A stretch of DNA of 50,644 bases from Dehalococcoidia bacterium (GTDB taxonomy: Bacteria > Chloroflexota > Dehalococcoidia > GIF9 > UBA5629): NCBI GenBank assembly GCA_034433775.1, contig DAOUAI010000149.1, forward strand, positions 1 through 50,644, written 5' to 3'. Below, piece after piece: positions 1-9,364 of this stretch. The notes under the pieces were generated by a model, which saw only the letters and a program-made list of their open reading frames with translations, was not told where the DNA came from and did no database searches. The position numbers were made by a program, and so were the translations under genes. Position 1 is the stretch's first letter. Each line of letters opens with the position of its first letter.

Positions 1-2
1 GA

Positions 3-530
3 TTGTCAATAGATGAGCGGGCACGAATGGGGATCGGTGTCGCTTTACAGAGACCCCCGGTGGTGCGTGGTATAAAGACCAGAGATATGTTAGCTGCGTG
101 TATGGGAGAGCATGCCAGTGAGGAAGCTATTATCAGACTGGCACAAAAGGCTGACCTTATCGAATTTCTGGACAGAGAGGTGAATTACGGTTTTTCGGGC
201 GGCGAGACGAAGCGGTCGGAGCTTCTTCAGCTTCTGGCACAGGACCCTGAGCTGGCATTGCTAGATGAGCCAGAATCCGGCGTTGATTTGGTAAATATAG
301 CGCTTATTGGTGAGCTAGTTAACGAGTTATTGCATAAGGAGCATCCCATTCGTGAGCGAAAGCATTCCGGTCTTGTCATCACACATACCGGTCATATACT
401 GGAGTATGTGCATGCCCGTACTGGGTACGTACTCTTAGACGGGCGTATTGTATGTGAGGGTGACCCGTTAGAGATACTGGAGACGATAAAAAGAAAAGGT
501 TATGAGGAGTGCCGAAAATGCGCCATGTAG
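3..530 (+). CDS. sufC: Fe-S cluster assembly ATPase SufC (5' end outside window)
   Basis: ORF is open to the window edge. ABC signature FSGGETKRSELLQLL, Walker B LALLDEPESGVD and H-loop VITHTG are present. It overlaps the start of a SufB/D-family gene. Confidence 0.9.
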   Translation: MSIDERARMGIGVALQRPPVVRGIKTRDMLAACMGEHASEEAIIRLAQKADLIEFLDREVNYGFSGGETKRSELLQLLAQDPELALLDEPESGVDLVNIALIGELVNELLHKEHPIRERKHSGLVITHTGHILEYVHARTGYVLLDGRIVCEGDPLEILETIKRKGYEECRKCAM

Positions 531-1753
531 GTGAACCTAACCACCTCAAGAAGAAAGCTAGGGCAGCGGCAGCCAAACCGGCAGCTTTTGGTGAAGATGT
601 TGACTTGAGCAAGTACGAAGGGGCTTCGGAGGAATTGCCTTATCAGCAGGAACTATCGTTGTTGCCTGAAAATGTAAAAAAGCAAATGACTCAGGTTGGT
701 GTAGTGTCGGATAGTACTGACCAGCGTGCCGGGACCTTTATCCAGATGGACCACTCGGTGGTGCATAGCGTAGCGAAGCAAGAAGGGGTAGAGGTGATGG
801 GCTTCAGCCAGGCGGTAGAGAAATATGACTGGCTGAAGGAATATTTGTGGAAAGCGGTGGCGGTGGACACAGACAAATACACTGCCCATGTGGAACTTGG
901 TCAGAGCAACGGCTACTTCATTCGAGCGCTGCCCGGGAGCAAGGTGATATACCCGGTCCAGGCTTGCCTCTATATTGCCAAAGCCAGACTGGCACAAAAG
1001 GTGCACAATATCGTCATTGCGGAGGAGGGCTCGGAGTTACATATCATCACCGGCTGTACCAATGCTCCGAGGGGAGAGCCGGGACTGCATATCGGGGTCT
1101 CTGAGTTCTACGTAAAGCGTGGTGCTAAACTCACCTTCACTATGATACACAATTGGACGCCGGAGATAGCTGTCCGTCCCCGTACCGGCATAGTTATAGA
1201 AGAAGATGGGGTATTCTTGAGTAACTATGTTATTTTAAAGCCGGTGCACTCACTGCAAATGTACCCAGTGGCGTGGTGCGCTGGCGAAAACGCCATCGTC
1301 AGGTTCCACAGTATCCTCGTTGCCACCCCCGGCTCTACCATGGACGTTGGTTCCAGAGTGATGCTGGATGCTCCCAATTCAAGAGCAGAGGTGGTCTCGC
1401 GGGCGATAACCACCGGTGGGACGATTATTGCCCGCGGATATATTGAGGGCAACGCCCCTGATGTTAAAGGGCATCTCGAATGTCGGGGGTTGATTCTGGG
1501 CGAGTCGGGCATTATCCACGCAGTGCCGGAGCTTAGGGGCACTGTGCCAGGCGTGGACCTTTCTCACGAGGCGGCGGTGGGTAAGATAGCTGAGGAAGAG
1601 ATAGAGTATTTGATGATCCGCGGTCTGACACGTGATGAAGCAACGGCAGCCATTGTCAGGGGTTTTCTACGTGCAGGCATCGAGGGGCTGCCTGCGGAAC
1701 TTGATGCTGAGATCCAGCGTGCTATCGAGACCAGCGAACAGACGCTTCTTTAG
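518..1753 (+). CDS. sufB: Fe-S cluster assembly scaffold, SufB/SufD family
   Basis: About 410-aa ORF directly after sufC with SufB/D-like C-terminal repeat region (GxxxHIGVSEFYV..., ...EEEIEYLMIRGLTRDEA). GAGGAG lies 8 nt before ATG 518. GTG 509 is an alternative start. Confidence 0.85.
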   Translation: MRHVGEPNHLKKKARAAAAKPAAFGEDVDLSKYEGASEELPYQQELSLLPENVKKQMTQVGVVSDSTDQRAGTFIQMDHSVVHSVAKQEGVEVMGFSQAVEKYDWLKEYLWKAVAVDTDKYTAHVELGQSNGYFIRALPGSKVIYPVQACLYIAKARLAQKVHNIVIAEEGSELHIITGCTNAPRGEPGLHIGVSEFYVKRGAKLTFTMIHNWTPEIAVRPRTGIVIEEDGVFLSNYVILKPVHSLQMYPVAWCAGENAIVRFHSILVATPGSTMDVGSRVMLDAPNSRAEVVSRAITTGGTIIARGYIEGNAPDVKGHLECRGLILGESGIIHAVPELRGTVPGVDLSHEAAVGKIAEEEIEYLMIRGLTRDEATAAIVRGFLRAGIEGLPAELDAEIQRAIETSEQTLL

Positions 1754-1780
1754 GCGAAATTAATTTTAAGGGGGTGGACA

Positions 1781-2461
1781 GTGAATTTAAAGGCATTTTA
1801 CAAGTTAAGCTACGGGCTATACGTCGTAGGCTCCAAAAGGGATAGGAAACTCAACTGTCAGATCGCCAATACTGTTTTCCAGGTGTCTTCGGAGCCGCCC
1901 ACTATTGCCGTAGCCATCAACAAGAAGAACCTGACCCACGAGTTTATCACCAGCAGCAAGGTGTTCACTGTTTCTGTACTGTCGCAGGACACACCGCTGA
2001 GTTTTATCGGGGGCTTTGGCTTCAAATCAGGAAGAGAAGTGGACAAGCTTCAAGGGGTGAATTACAGGTCGGGCGTTACTGGGGCGCCGATAATACTGGA
2101 AAACACTTTGGCTTATCTGGAGGCAAAGGTGATTAACCAGATGGACTGCGGCACCCATACTTTGTTTCTGGGTGAGGTGGTCGAGGCTGATGTGATTAAA
2201 GAGGGCGAACCAATGACCTATGCCTATTATCATCAGGTAAAGCGTGGCAGCACGCCAAAGACCGCCCCCAGCTATGTCGAGGTAAAGGAGGCAGCACCCA
2301 AAATGGCAAAATACAGATGCACAGTTTGTAACTATGTTTATGACCCTGAAGTGGGCGACCCTGATGGCGGGATCAAACCGGGTACACCTTTTGAACAGCT
2401 ACCTGATAGCTGGGTATGTCCGGTCTGCGGAGCAAGCAAAGACCAGTTTGAAAAGATATAG
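1781..2461 (+). CDS. Flavin reductase domain fused to C-terminal rubredoxin (high-molecular-weight rubredoxin type)
   Basis: N-terminal FMN-binding split-barrel flavin-reductase-like sequence. C-terminal rubredoxin with CxxC...CxxC ([12 protein letters not shown]...[13 protein letters not shown]). GTG start with GGGGGTGG SD. Confidence 0.85.
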   Translation: MNLKAFYKLSYGLYVVGSKRDRKLNCQIANTVFQVSSEPPTIAVAINKKNLTHEFITSSKVFTVSVLSQDTPLSFIGGFGFKSGREVDKLQGVNYRSGVTGAPIILENTLAYLEAKVINQMDCGTHTLFLGEVVEADVIKEGEPMTYAYYHQVKRGSTPKTAPSYVEVKEAAPKMAKYRCTVCNYVYDPEVGDPDGGIKPGTPFEQLPDSWVCPVCGASKDQFEKI

Positions 2462-2469
2462 GAGGCAAG

Positions 2470-3687
2470 ATGGCTGAACACTTCGGGACTAACAAACGTG
2501 AGCTATTAAAGGAGTTGCTCAGAAAGTTACACAAAGGCGCTCCGCAGTCGGAGGTGGAAGCGGAATTCCGCAAACTGGCGAAAGGGGTGACGCCGGTGGA
2601 CATAGCCCAGGTAGAGGAAGAGCTTATCAAAGAGGGCATGCCGCGGGAGGAGATACAGAGGTTGTGCGATGTGCATCTGGCAGTGATGAGAGAGTCCCTA
2701 GAGAAGGAAAGGGTAGAGGTTCCCGCTGGACACCCGGTACATATCCTCATGGAGGAGCACCGGCTTCTTCTGGAGTTTGCTGGTAAGTTGAGAGAGGTAA
2801 CTGGCAAGATCAAGGACAGGGGGAGTATAAGCAATACCAGCTCAGAGATGGAACACCTGACACATATTGTCCAGCACCTTAAAGACTCGGAGAGCCATTA
2901 TATCAGGGAGGAGAACGTGCTTTTCCCTTCCCTGGAGAAACATGGCATCACCCAGCCGCCGGCGATAATGTGGATGGAGCACGACAGAATAAGGGGGATA
3001 AAAAAGGAATTGTATCAGGTGGTCGAAGCTGCGCAAAGCGCTGCCTTTTCAGATTTCATCAGCGGGCTCGGCCAGAAGGCGCTGGAACTGGCAGAGATGC
3101 TTTCCAGCCATTTCTTCAAGGAGAACAATATCCTTTTCCCTACAGCTCTTAAGGTGATCACTGAGCTGGAATGGCGTGATATCAGACACCAGTTTGACGA
3201 GCTGGGCTACTGCTGCTTTACCCCCGAGCCGGCCAGGGCTCCGTTTGCTCCAGCCGTAGTTGAGGCGCAGCCAGTCGCGATAGAGGGCGTAGTCTCATTG
3301 GAGACCGGCAGTTTCTCTTTAGAAGAACTGGAGGCGGTGCTCAATACCTTGCCGGTGGATATTACTTTTGTGGACAAAGACGACACTGTTCGCTATTTCA
3401 GTCAGTCCAGGGACAGGATCTTTGCCCGTACCAAAGCGGTCATCGGACGGAAGGTGCAGCAGTGCCATCCGCAGAAGAGCGTCCACGTGGTCAATCAGAT
3501 ACTCGAGGACTTCAGAGCAGGAAAGCGTGACGTAGCTGAGTTCTGGATAGACCTCAAAGGCAGACTAGTCTACATCAGGTATTTTGCGGTGCGCAGTAAA
3601 GCGGGCGAATATCTGGGCTGCCTTGAGGTGACCCAGGATATAACCGATATTAAGAAAATAGAAGGTGAGAAAAGGCTGCTGGACTGA
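2470..3687 (+). CDS. DUF438 / hemerythrin HHE cation-binding / PAS-like domain protein (putative O2/NO/iron sensor)
   Basis: N-terminal DUF438-like helix region. Central hemerythrin-like His/Glu repeats (HPVHILMEEH, WMEHD). C-terminal PAS-like block (DITFVDKDDTVRYFS...CHPQKSVHVV). Confidence 0.75.
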   Translation: MAEHFGTNKRELLKELLRKLHKGAPQSEVEAEFRKLAKGVTPVDIAQVEEELIKEGMPREEIQRLCDVHLAVMRESLEKERVEVPAGHPVHILMEEHRLLLEFAGKLREVTGKIKDRGSISNTSSEMEHLTHIVQHLKDSESHYIREENVLFPSLEKHGITQPPAIMWMEHDRIRGIKKELYQVVEAAQSAAFSDFISGLGQKALELAEMLSSHFFKENNILFPTALKVITELEWRDIRHQFDELGYCCFTPEPARAPFAPAVVEAQPVAIEGVVSLETGSFSLEELEAVLNTLPVDITFVDKDDTVRYFSQSRDRIFARTKAVIGRKVQQCHPQKSVHVVNQILEDFRAGKRDVAEFWIDLKGRLVYIRYFAVRSKAGEYLGCLEVTQDITDIKKIEGEKRLLD

Positions 3688-3726
3688 CACAGTTCCAGTG
3701 CAGGTGGGCCTGAAAGGAGTGGAGAG

Positions 3727-4911
3727 ATGAGACCGAGGGAGATCAGGAGAGGTATCTACTGGGTGGGGGCGGTTGACTGGGACAGGAGATTGTTTGATTC
3801 ACTGATACCATTGCCCGATGGCACCAGCTATAACTCGTATCTAATCCAGGGCAGTGAGAGGACAGCCCTCATAGATGCCGTTGACCCTACCATGGAGCGG
3901 GTGCTTTTGGAGAACCTGAAGGCACTGGGTGTAGAAAGGCTTGATTATGTTATTGCCAACCATGCTGAGCAGGACCATGCCGGTGCTATCCCGGCGGTGC
4001 TGGCAAAATATTCTGAGGCGAAGGTAGTTTGTACCCCGAGATGCAAGGGGATGCTCATCGACCTGCTGATGGTCGGCGAAGACAGGTTCATAACCGTGGA
4101 AGATAAAGAGACCATATCCCTGGGAGGCAGGACACTGGAGTTTATTCATGCCCCATGGGTGCACTGGCCGGAAACGATGCTTACCTATCTAAGTGAGGAG
4201 AAGATTCTGTTCCCCTGCGATTTCTTCGGTTCCCACTTAGCCACCAGCGATTTATACGTCACCGATGAAGGGCAGGTATACGAAGCAGCAAAACGGTACT
4301 ACGCCGAAATCATGATGCCTTTCCGTACCACCATCCAGAAAAACCTGGAAAGAGTGAAGGGATACGACATCGATATCATCGCCCCGAGTCACGGTCCGCT
4401 ATATGATAAGCCGGAATTTATCCTGAAGGCTTATCATGGCTGGGCATTTGATGAGCCGAAAAACATAGTGGTGCTACCCTATGTGTCCATGCACGCCAGC
4501 ACGAAGCGGATGGTGGAGCATTTTGTGGGCGCACTGGTGGAGAGGGGGATAACGGTGAAGCAGTTCGATTTGCCGGTGACCGATATAGGGAAGCTGGCTA
4601 TGGCGCTGGTGGACGCCGCTACTATTGTTATCGGGACACCCACGGTCTTGGGTGGGGCGCATCCTGCAGCAGCTTATGCTGCTTTCCTGGCGAATGCGCT
4701 GCGACCCAACGTGAAATTCGCTTCCATCATAGGTTCCTATGGCTGGGGCGGCAAAACTGTAGATCAACTTACCGGGATGCTGAGCAATGTAAAAGTGGAG
4801 TTACTGCCACCGGTTTTAGTGAAAGGCTACCCTCGGGAAGCAGATTTCAAGGCGCTCGATGACCTTGCTGAGATGGTCAGGCAGAAACACCAGGCTACCG
4901 GTGTGGTGTGA
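3727..4911 (+). CDS. fprA: Flavodiiron protein (FprA / rubredoxin:oxygen or NO oxidoreductase): metallo-beta-lactamase-like plus flavodoxin domains
   Basis: Diiron motif HAEQDHAG, conserved WVHWPE and FSCDFFG-like blocks, and a C-terminal flavodoxin-like domain (VVLPYVSMHASTKRM). Confidence 0.9.
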   Translation: MRPREIRRGIYWVGAVDWDRRLFDSLIPLPDGTSYNSYLIQGSERTALIDAVDPTMERVLLENLKALGVERLDYVIANHAEQDHAGAIPAVLAKYSEAKVVCTPRCKGMLIDLLMVGEDRFITVEDKETISLGGRTLEFIHAPWVHWPETMLTYLSEEKILFPCDFFGSHLATSDLYVTDEGQVYEAAKRYYAEIMMPFRTTIQKNLERVKGYDIDIIAPSHGPLYDKPEFILKAYHGWAFDEPKNIVVLPYVSMHASTKRMVEHFVGALVERGITVKQFDLPVTDIGKLAMALVDAATIVIGTPTVLGGAHPAAAYAAFLANALRPNVKFASIIGSYGWGGKTVDQLTGMLSNVKVELLPPVLVKGYPREADFKALDDLAEMVRQKHQATGVV

Positions 4912-4935
4912 AAAATAAACGAAAAGGAGGTAGAA

Positions 4936-5538
4936 ATGAGTGGTGTACAGGTAGGTAAAGAGGCACCGGACTTTAAAGCACGCGCGTACCACGAGGGTAG
5001 AGCGAAGGATATCAAGCTTTCCGATTACCGCGGCAAATGGGTGATGTTATGCTTCTATCCCGGCGATTTCACTTTCGTTTGACCGACGGAACTGTCGGCA
5101 GTTGCCGCCAGATACGCTGAATTTCAGGAGCTGGGTGTGGAGGTGCTTTCTATCAGCGTGGACAGCATATTTTCCCACAAGATCTGGCAGGAGGAGGAGC
5201 TTTCTAAGATGGTAGAAGGAGGCGTGCCCTTCCCCATGGTGTCCGACCCCGGAGGAAAAATCGGCTCACTTTATGGCGTGTACGATGAGGAAACCGGGGT
5301 GAACGTCAGAGGGCGTTTTCTCATCGACCCTAATGGCATCATTCAGGCTATGGAGGTGCTGACGCCGCCGGTGGGACGCAATGTTGCTGAAACGCTCAGG
5401 CAGATAAAGGCTTACCAGCACCATCAGGCTACCGGTGAAGTCATGCCCTCCGGCTGGCAGCCAGGTAAGCCAACTTTGAAACCGGGCATGAAGCTAGCGG
5501 GCAAGGTGTGGGAGGTGTGGAACCCTAAAATGGAGTAA
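4936..5538 (+). CDS. Peroxiredoxin (AhpC/Prx1 type) with in-frame UGA at the peroxidatic position; predicted selenocysteine peroxiredoxin (200 aa)
   Basis: ATG 4936 follows AAGGAGG. The frame is open to TGA 5080-5082 and continues in the same frame as track ORF 5137..5538. Translation reads ...[24 protein letters not shown]..., so the stop replaces the Cys of the universal FTFVCPTE motif. A hairpin lies directly downstream. Confidence 0.8.
5083..5111 (+). promoter_or_regulatory. Candidate bacterial SECIS element directly 3' of the UGA
   Basis: There are two mutually exclusive hairpins. The first is CCGAC-GGAACU-GUCGG (5083-5098). The second is CUG[U]CGGC-AGUU-GCCG[C]CAG (5092-5111), whose apical loop starts 18 nt after the UGA and contains G/U. 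Confidence 0.45.
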
Positions 5539-5541
5539 TTT

Positions 5542-5841
5542 GTGAGCATGAAGGCGAAACTCTGGGTAGACCAGAAGCCGGTAGAGATGAACCGTTTTGT
5601 GGAAGACCTGCTATGGCGGGTTGTTGTGGCTGCGGTCTCAGCTCTTAAAGGCACAGAAAATATGCGTGAGATAGATATCCGTCTCGAGAAAGAGGAAGTT
5701 ACCGTCGCTGTGAACGGACAGAGTATTCCGCTGAACGCGTTCACCAGCGAGGTCATTGCTAACACTTTACGGGGTCTGGTGTCATCGCTCAAAGGGGTCG
5801 GCGATACCAGTAGAGTAAGCATCAGCGTGGAAATTGGGTAA
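5542..5841 (+). CDS. Hypothetical protein, 99 aa, Cys-free
   Basis: ORF fills the gap between prx (3 nt upstream) and copA (ATG 1 nt after its stop). GTG start. I recognise no motif. Confidence 0.55.
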   Translation: MSMKAKLWVDQKPVEMNRFVEDLLWRVVVAAVSALKGTENMREIDIRLEKEEVTVAVNGQSIPLNAFTSEVIANTLRGLVSSLKGVGDTSRVSISVEIG

Positions 5842-5842
5842 A

Positions 5843-8284
5843 ATGGCGACTAAACGGTCTGTCTTCCGTGTACACGGAATGACCTGTGCCTCTTGTGTTG
5901 CACGGGTGGAAAAGTCCCTATCGGAAGTACCGGGAGTGACGCTGGCTAATGTCAATCTGGCTTCAGAGACGGCTCTCGTCGAGTATAGCGATGGTACCAG
6001 CGTAGCTGAACTGAAACGGGCGGTAGCGGATGCAGGTTACGAGCTGGGAATGGAGGTGGATGTTGAAAGTGGAGGACTTTCTCCTGCGGGCGAGTTACGC
6101 AGATTAAAAATAAAGCTCGCTATAGCGCTTTCCCTTGCAGCCATAGTGATGGCGCTGACCATGGGGTTTGATTTCCCAGGTAAACCGTACTTGCTCTGGG
6201 TACTGGCAACTCCTGTGCAATTCTGGGCGGGGTGGCAGTTCTATCGTGGGGCATGGGGGGCGCTCAAGCACCGAACTGCTGATATGAACATGCTTATAGC
6301 CGTAGGAACATCGGCAGCTTATTTCTACAGCGTGGTGGTGGTTATCGCCCCGCAGGTGTTCGCAGGCACCAGAATGACACCTGAGGTCTATTTTGACACA
6401 TCTTCCACAATAATCGCCCTTGTTCTGCTGGGGCGCTTTCTGGAGTCCAGGGCGAAGGGGCAGACATCTGAGGCGATAAAAAAGCTTATCGGCTTGAGAC
6501 CGGACAAAGCGGTCGTCATTAGAGAGGGGGTGGAACATGAGGTTGCGGTGGAGGATTTGCAGGTTGGAGATATCGTCTTGGTGCGCCCCGGGGAACGGGT
6601 GCCTGTAGATGGCACCGTGGTACAGGGATATTCCACAGTCGATGAGTCCATGATTACCGGTGAAAGTCTACCTGTGGAGAAGAAGGCGGGTGATACGGTT
6701 ATCGGGGGTACGATCAATTTGACCGGTAGCTTTCAATTCGAAGCGACGCGGGTGGGCAAGGACACTATGCTGGCTCGTATTATCAGGATGGTAGAGGAGG
6801 CACAGGGGAGCAAGGCACCGGTGCAACGTCTGGCAGATGTCATTGCCAGCTATTTTGTGCCGGCAGTGGTGGGGGTGGCTATTGTTACATTCATCGTCTG
6901 GTCTTTTCTTGGACCGGAGCCGGCTGTGACGCATGCTTTGCTTAACTTTGTGGCCGTTCTTATCATCGCCTGTCCCTGTGCTCTGGGGCTGGCCACGCCG
7001 ACTGCTATTATCGTCGGTACTGGCAAAGGCGCTGAGAACGGTGTCCTTATCCGTAGCGGTGAAGCACTGGAGATAATGCACAAGGTGGACTGTATGCTGT
7101 TTGATAAGACAGGCACCTTGACGATCGGCAGACCTGTGGTCACAGATATTGTGCCTGTGCCACCGTTTACTGGGGACGAAGTCTTGCGATTGGCAGCTTC
7201 GGCAGAGCGCAACTCGGAGCATCCATTGGCTGAGGCTGTGGTCAAGGCGGCTTCGGCGAAGGGGCTAGCCCTTCTCGAGGTTTCTCATTTCACTGCCATG
7301 CCAGGTCATGGTGTGGAAGCCAGTCTGAACGGCAAGCGACTCCTCGTCGGCAATCTGGCTCTGATGCGTGAACATGGTTTACCGCTGGACAGCGTTGTCA
7401 CAGTGGCTGAGCAATTGTGGGAGCAGGGCAGGACAGTGCTATTTCTAGTCGTGGATGGTAACTTAGCCGGTGTTATAGCACTTGCTGATACTTTGAAGCC
7501 CGAGGCGAAGGAAGTGGTCGGAATGCTCCATGAAATGGGCATCGAGGTGGCGATGCTCACCGGTGATAATGTCCGGGCTGCCGATGCGATAGCTCGCGAG
7601 GCGGGCATTGACCGTGTGCTGGCAGAGGTGCTTCCGGAGAACAAAGCTCTGGAAGTACAAAGGCTGCGTGACGAAGGGAAGGTGGTAGCGATGGTGGGTG
7701 ACGGCATCAACGATGCCCCTGCACTGGCTCAGGCAGATGTTGGCGTTGCTATAGGCACTGGCACCGATATCGCTATGGAGGCGGGTGACATAGTACTCGT
7801 CAGCGGCGACCTGCGTGGCGTTGTCACCGCGGTATCTTTAAGCCGTCGCACCATGCGCACCATAAAACAGAACCTCTTCTGGGCGTTCGCTTATAATACG
7901 GCTCTGATACCGGTGGCGGCTGGGGTGCTGTATCCTGCCTTTCAAGCTCAGGGGGTGCCGATGGCACTCCGCTTTGCTCTGGGGGAGTATGGCTTTTTGA
8001 ATCCGGTACTGGCGGCGGTGGCTATGGCTGCCAGCTCCATTACAGTAGTGCTTAACTCGTTGCGCTTGAAAGGTTTCAAGCCAGCTAGGACTGAAATAGC
8101 TGAGAAAGGAGGTGAACAGATGGCAGTCGATCCGGTGTGCAAGATGGAAGTGAAAGAGAAGGAAGCGGCAGCGACATCTGAATACAAAGGCAAAAAGTAC
8201 TACTTCTGTGCCTTAGCCTGCAAAAAAGCCTTTGACCAGAACCCGGAGAAATATCTTGCCCCAGAAGTACCTAGACGCAGGTGA
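5843..8284 (+). CDS. copA: Copper-translocating P1B-type ATPase with N-terminal HMA domain and C-terminal YHS/TRASH domain
   Basis: [11 protein letters not shown] ([13 protein letters not shown]), DKTGTLT and GDGINDAP are present. The C-terminal tail is VDPVCKMEV...[15 protein letters not shown] 5843 is preferred over TTG 5834. Confidence 0.95.
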   Translation: MATKRSVFRVHGMTCASCVARVEKSLSEVPGVTLANVNLASETALVEYSDGTSVAELKRAVADAGYELGMEVDVESGGLSPAGELRRLKIKLAIALSLAAIVMALTMGFDFPGKPYLLWVLATPVQFWAGWQFYRGAWGALKHRTADMNMLIAVGTSAAYFYSVVVVIAPQVFAGTRMTPEVYFDTSSTIIALVLLGRFLESRAKGQTSEAIKKLIGLRPDKAVVIREGVEHEVAVEDLQVGDIVLVRPGERVPVDGTVVQGYSTVDESMITGESLPVEKKAGDTVIGGTINLTGSFQFEATRVGKDTMLARIIRMVEEAQGSKAPVQRLADVIASYFVPAVVGVAIVTFIVWSFLGPEPAVTHALLNFVAVLIIACPCALGLATPTAIIVGTGKGAENGVLIRSGEALEIMHKVDCMLFDKTGTLTIGRPVVTDIVPVPPFTGDEVLRLAASAERNSEHPLAEAVVKAASAKGLALLEVSHFTAMPGHGVEASLNGKRLLVGNLALMREHGLPLDSVVTVAEQLWEQGRTVLFLVVDGNLAGVIALADTLKPEAKEVVGMLHEMGIEVAMLTGDNVRAADAIAREAGIDRVLAEVLPENKALEVQRLRDEGKVVAMVGDGINDAPALAQADVGVAIGTGTDIAMEAGDIVLVSGDLRGVVTAVSLSRRTMRTIKQNLFWAFAYNTALIPVAAGVLYPAFQAQGVPMALRFALGEYGFLNPVLAAVAMAASSITVVLNSLRLKGFKPARTEIAEKGGEQMAVDPVCKMEVKEKEAAATSEYKGKKYYFCALACKKAFDQNPEKYLAPEVPRRR

Positions 8285-8301
8285 GGGATATAGGGGTATT
8301 C

Positions 8302-8320
8302 AGATAGCCGTGAGCTATCT
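8302..8320. repeat. Perfect 7-5-7 inverted repeat AGATAGC-cgtga-GCTATCT between copA and the ferritin-like gene
   Basis: Read directly from the sequence. No T-run follows, so it could be an operator or a weak terminator stem. Confidence 0.3.
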
Positions 8321-8353
8321 ACAAAAAGAGATTATTTGCTGGAGGTAGAAAGT

Positions 8354-9193
8354 ATGGACAAAGAAAAGGTCATCGCTTTGCTGAACGAAGACCTTGAGGG
8401 CGAACACGGGGCTATTATTCAGTACCTTATCCATGCCTATGCTATGGGCGAAGGGGAACTTGCCTGCGAGATCGAAGCTATTGCCAGGGAGGAGATGCGT
8501 CATTTCGATTGGCTGGCTGAGGTGATAGTGGAGCTTGGTGGCAAGCCCAGCCTGAAGCGTGGCACGATGCGAATGGGGGGTAAAACGGTGAGTGAGTGGA
8601 TGGAGCAAGACGTACTTTTAGAGAAGGACGCTATTTCCATGTATCAAGAGCATATCAAGGCTATCGATGATCCCAAGATAAAGAGAGTGCTTCAGCGCAT
8701 CCTTTCTGACGAGAAATCCCACCACGACGACTTTCAGCATTTCGTAGAGAAGGCAAGACAGGAAGGGCTCAAGGATATCAGGGGTGAGCGCAAAGACAAG
8801 GTTACCAAGGTGCTGGACTGGGGCATAGAGCATGAGTACACGGTGATACTCCAGTACCTTTTCCATTCATACATGGCTAAGAATAAGGAAATAAAGAAAC
8901 AGATGGAAGACCAGGCGATAAACGAGATGCAACATCTGGGATGGCTAGCTGAGGAACTGGTCGGAGGGGGTGGCAGCCCCAGGATCGAGCACACTGAGGT
9001 GGACCGGTCTACTAAAGAGGCTGAGATGCTCAAAGCTGATATCGAAATTGAGAAAAAGGTGGCAGCCGAATATGACCGAGCGGCCAAGGAGATACCTGAT
9101 GAAAAACTGAAGAAGCTGCTTCTGCGCATCCGGGACCATGAGATTTACCACACCGATATCTTCAGCGACCTTTTGAAGGATGTGGAAAAGTAA
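8354..9193 (+). CDS. Tandem ferritin-like (bacterioferritin/rubrerythrin-type) diiron four-helix-bundle protein
   Basis: Two repeats, each with E...ExxH...E...ExxH. Repeat 1 has EGEHGAIIQYL, EEMRHFDWL, EKDAISMY and DEKSHH. Repeat 2 has EHEYTVILQYL, NEMQHLGWL, IEKKVAAEY and DHEIYH. GGAGGT lies 7 nt before ATG 8354. Confidence 0.75.
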   Translation: MDKEKVIALLNEDLEGEHGAIIQYLIHAYAMGEGELACEIEAIAREEMRHFDWLAEVIVELGGKPSLKRGTMRMGGKTVSEWMEQDVLLEKDAISMYQEHIKAIDDPKIKRVLQRILSDEKSHHDDFQHFVEKARQEGLKDIRGERKDKVTKVLDWGIEHEYTVILQYLFHSYMAKNKEIKKQMEDQAINEMQHLGWLAEELVGGGGSPRIEHTEVDRSTKEAEMLKADIEIEKKVAAEYDRAAKEIPDEKLKKLLLRIRDHEIYHTDIFSDLLKDVEK

Positions 9194-9222
9194 TCATAAG
9201 GCAAGACTGAAAGGAGGTAGAG

Positions 9223-9348
9223 ATGGCAAAAGTTACTGGTGTAGGGCAGGTGTTCAGGTGTAGTATCTGCGGTAATGTGGTCGAGGTTAAAGTGGTGGGT
9301 GGGGGCGAGCTGGTCTGCTGCGGCAAACCGATGGAACTGCAAAAATAA
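9223..9348 (+). CDS. Desulforedoxin (41 aa; too short for the ORF track)
   Basis: Translation is [41 protein letters not shown]. It carries the CxxC...CC Fe(Cys)4 motif and closely resembles D. gigas desulforedoxin and the Dfx N-domain as I recall them. AAGGAGG lies 6 nt upstream. Confidence 0.75.
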   Translation: MAKVTGVGQVFRCSICGNVVEVKVVGGGELVCCGKPMELQK

Positions 9349-9364
9349 GTTCGGAGGTGAAGTA

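Noticed and set aside
5137-5538. Track ORF starting at GTG 5137, read as the complete peroxiredoxin gene, or the gene read as a nonsense pseudogene
   Set aside because: That start would remove the whole catalytic N-terminus. The upstream 144 nt are open in the same frame, have a strong SD and ATG, and encode the conserved Prx N-terminal blocks. The single stop falls exactly on the catalytic Cys codon. The pseudogene reading cannot be fully excluded without knowing whether the genome has Sec machinery.
9275-9364. Upstream extension of the SOD ORF
   Set aside because: It overlaps the desulforedoxin ORF in another frame. The SOD similarity starts at MAYQAK (ATG 9365), which has a GGAGGTG SD.
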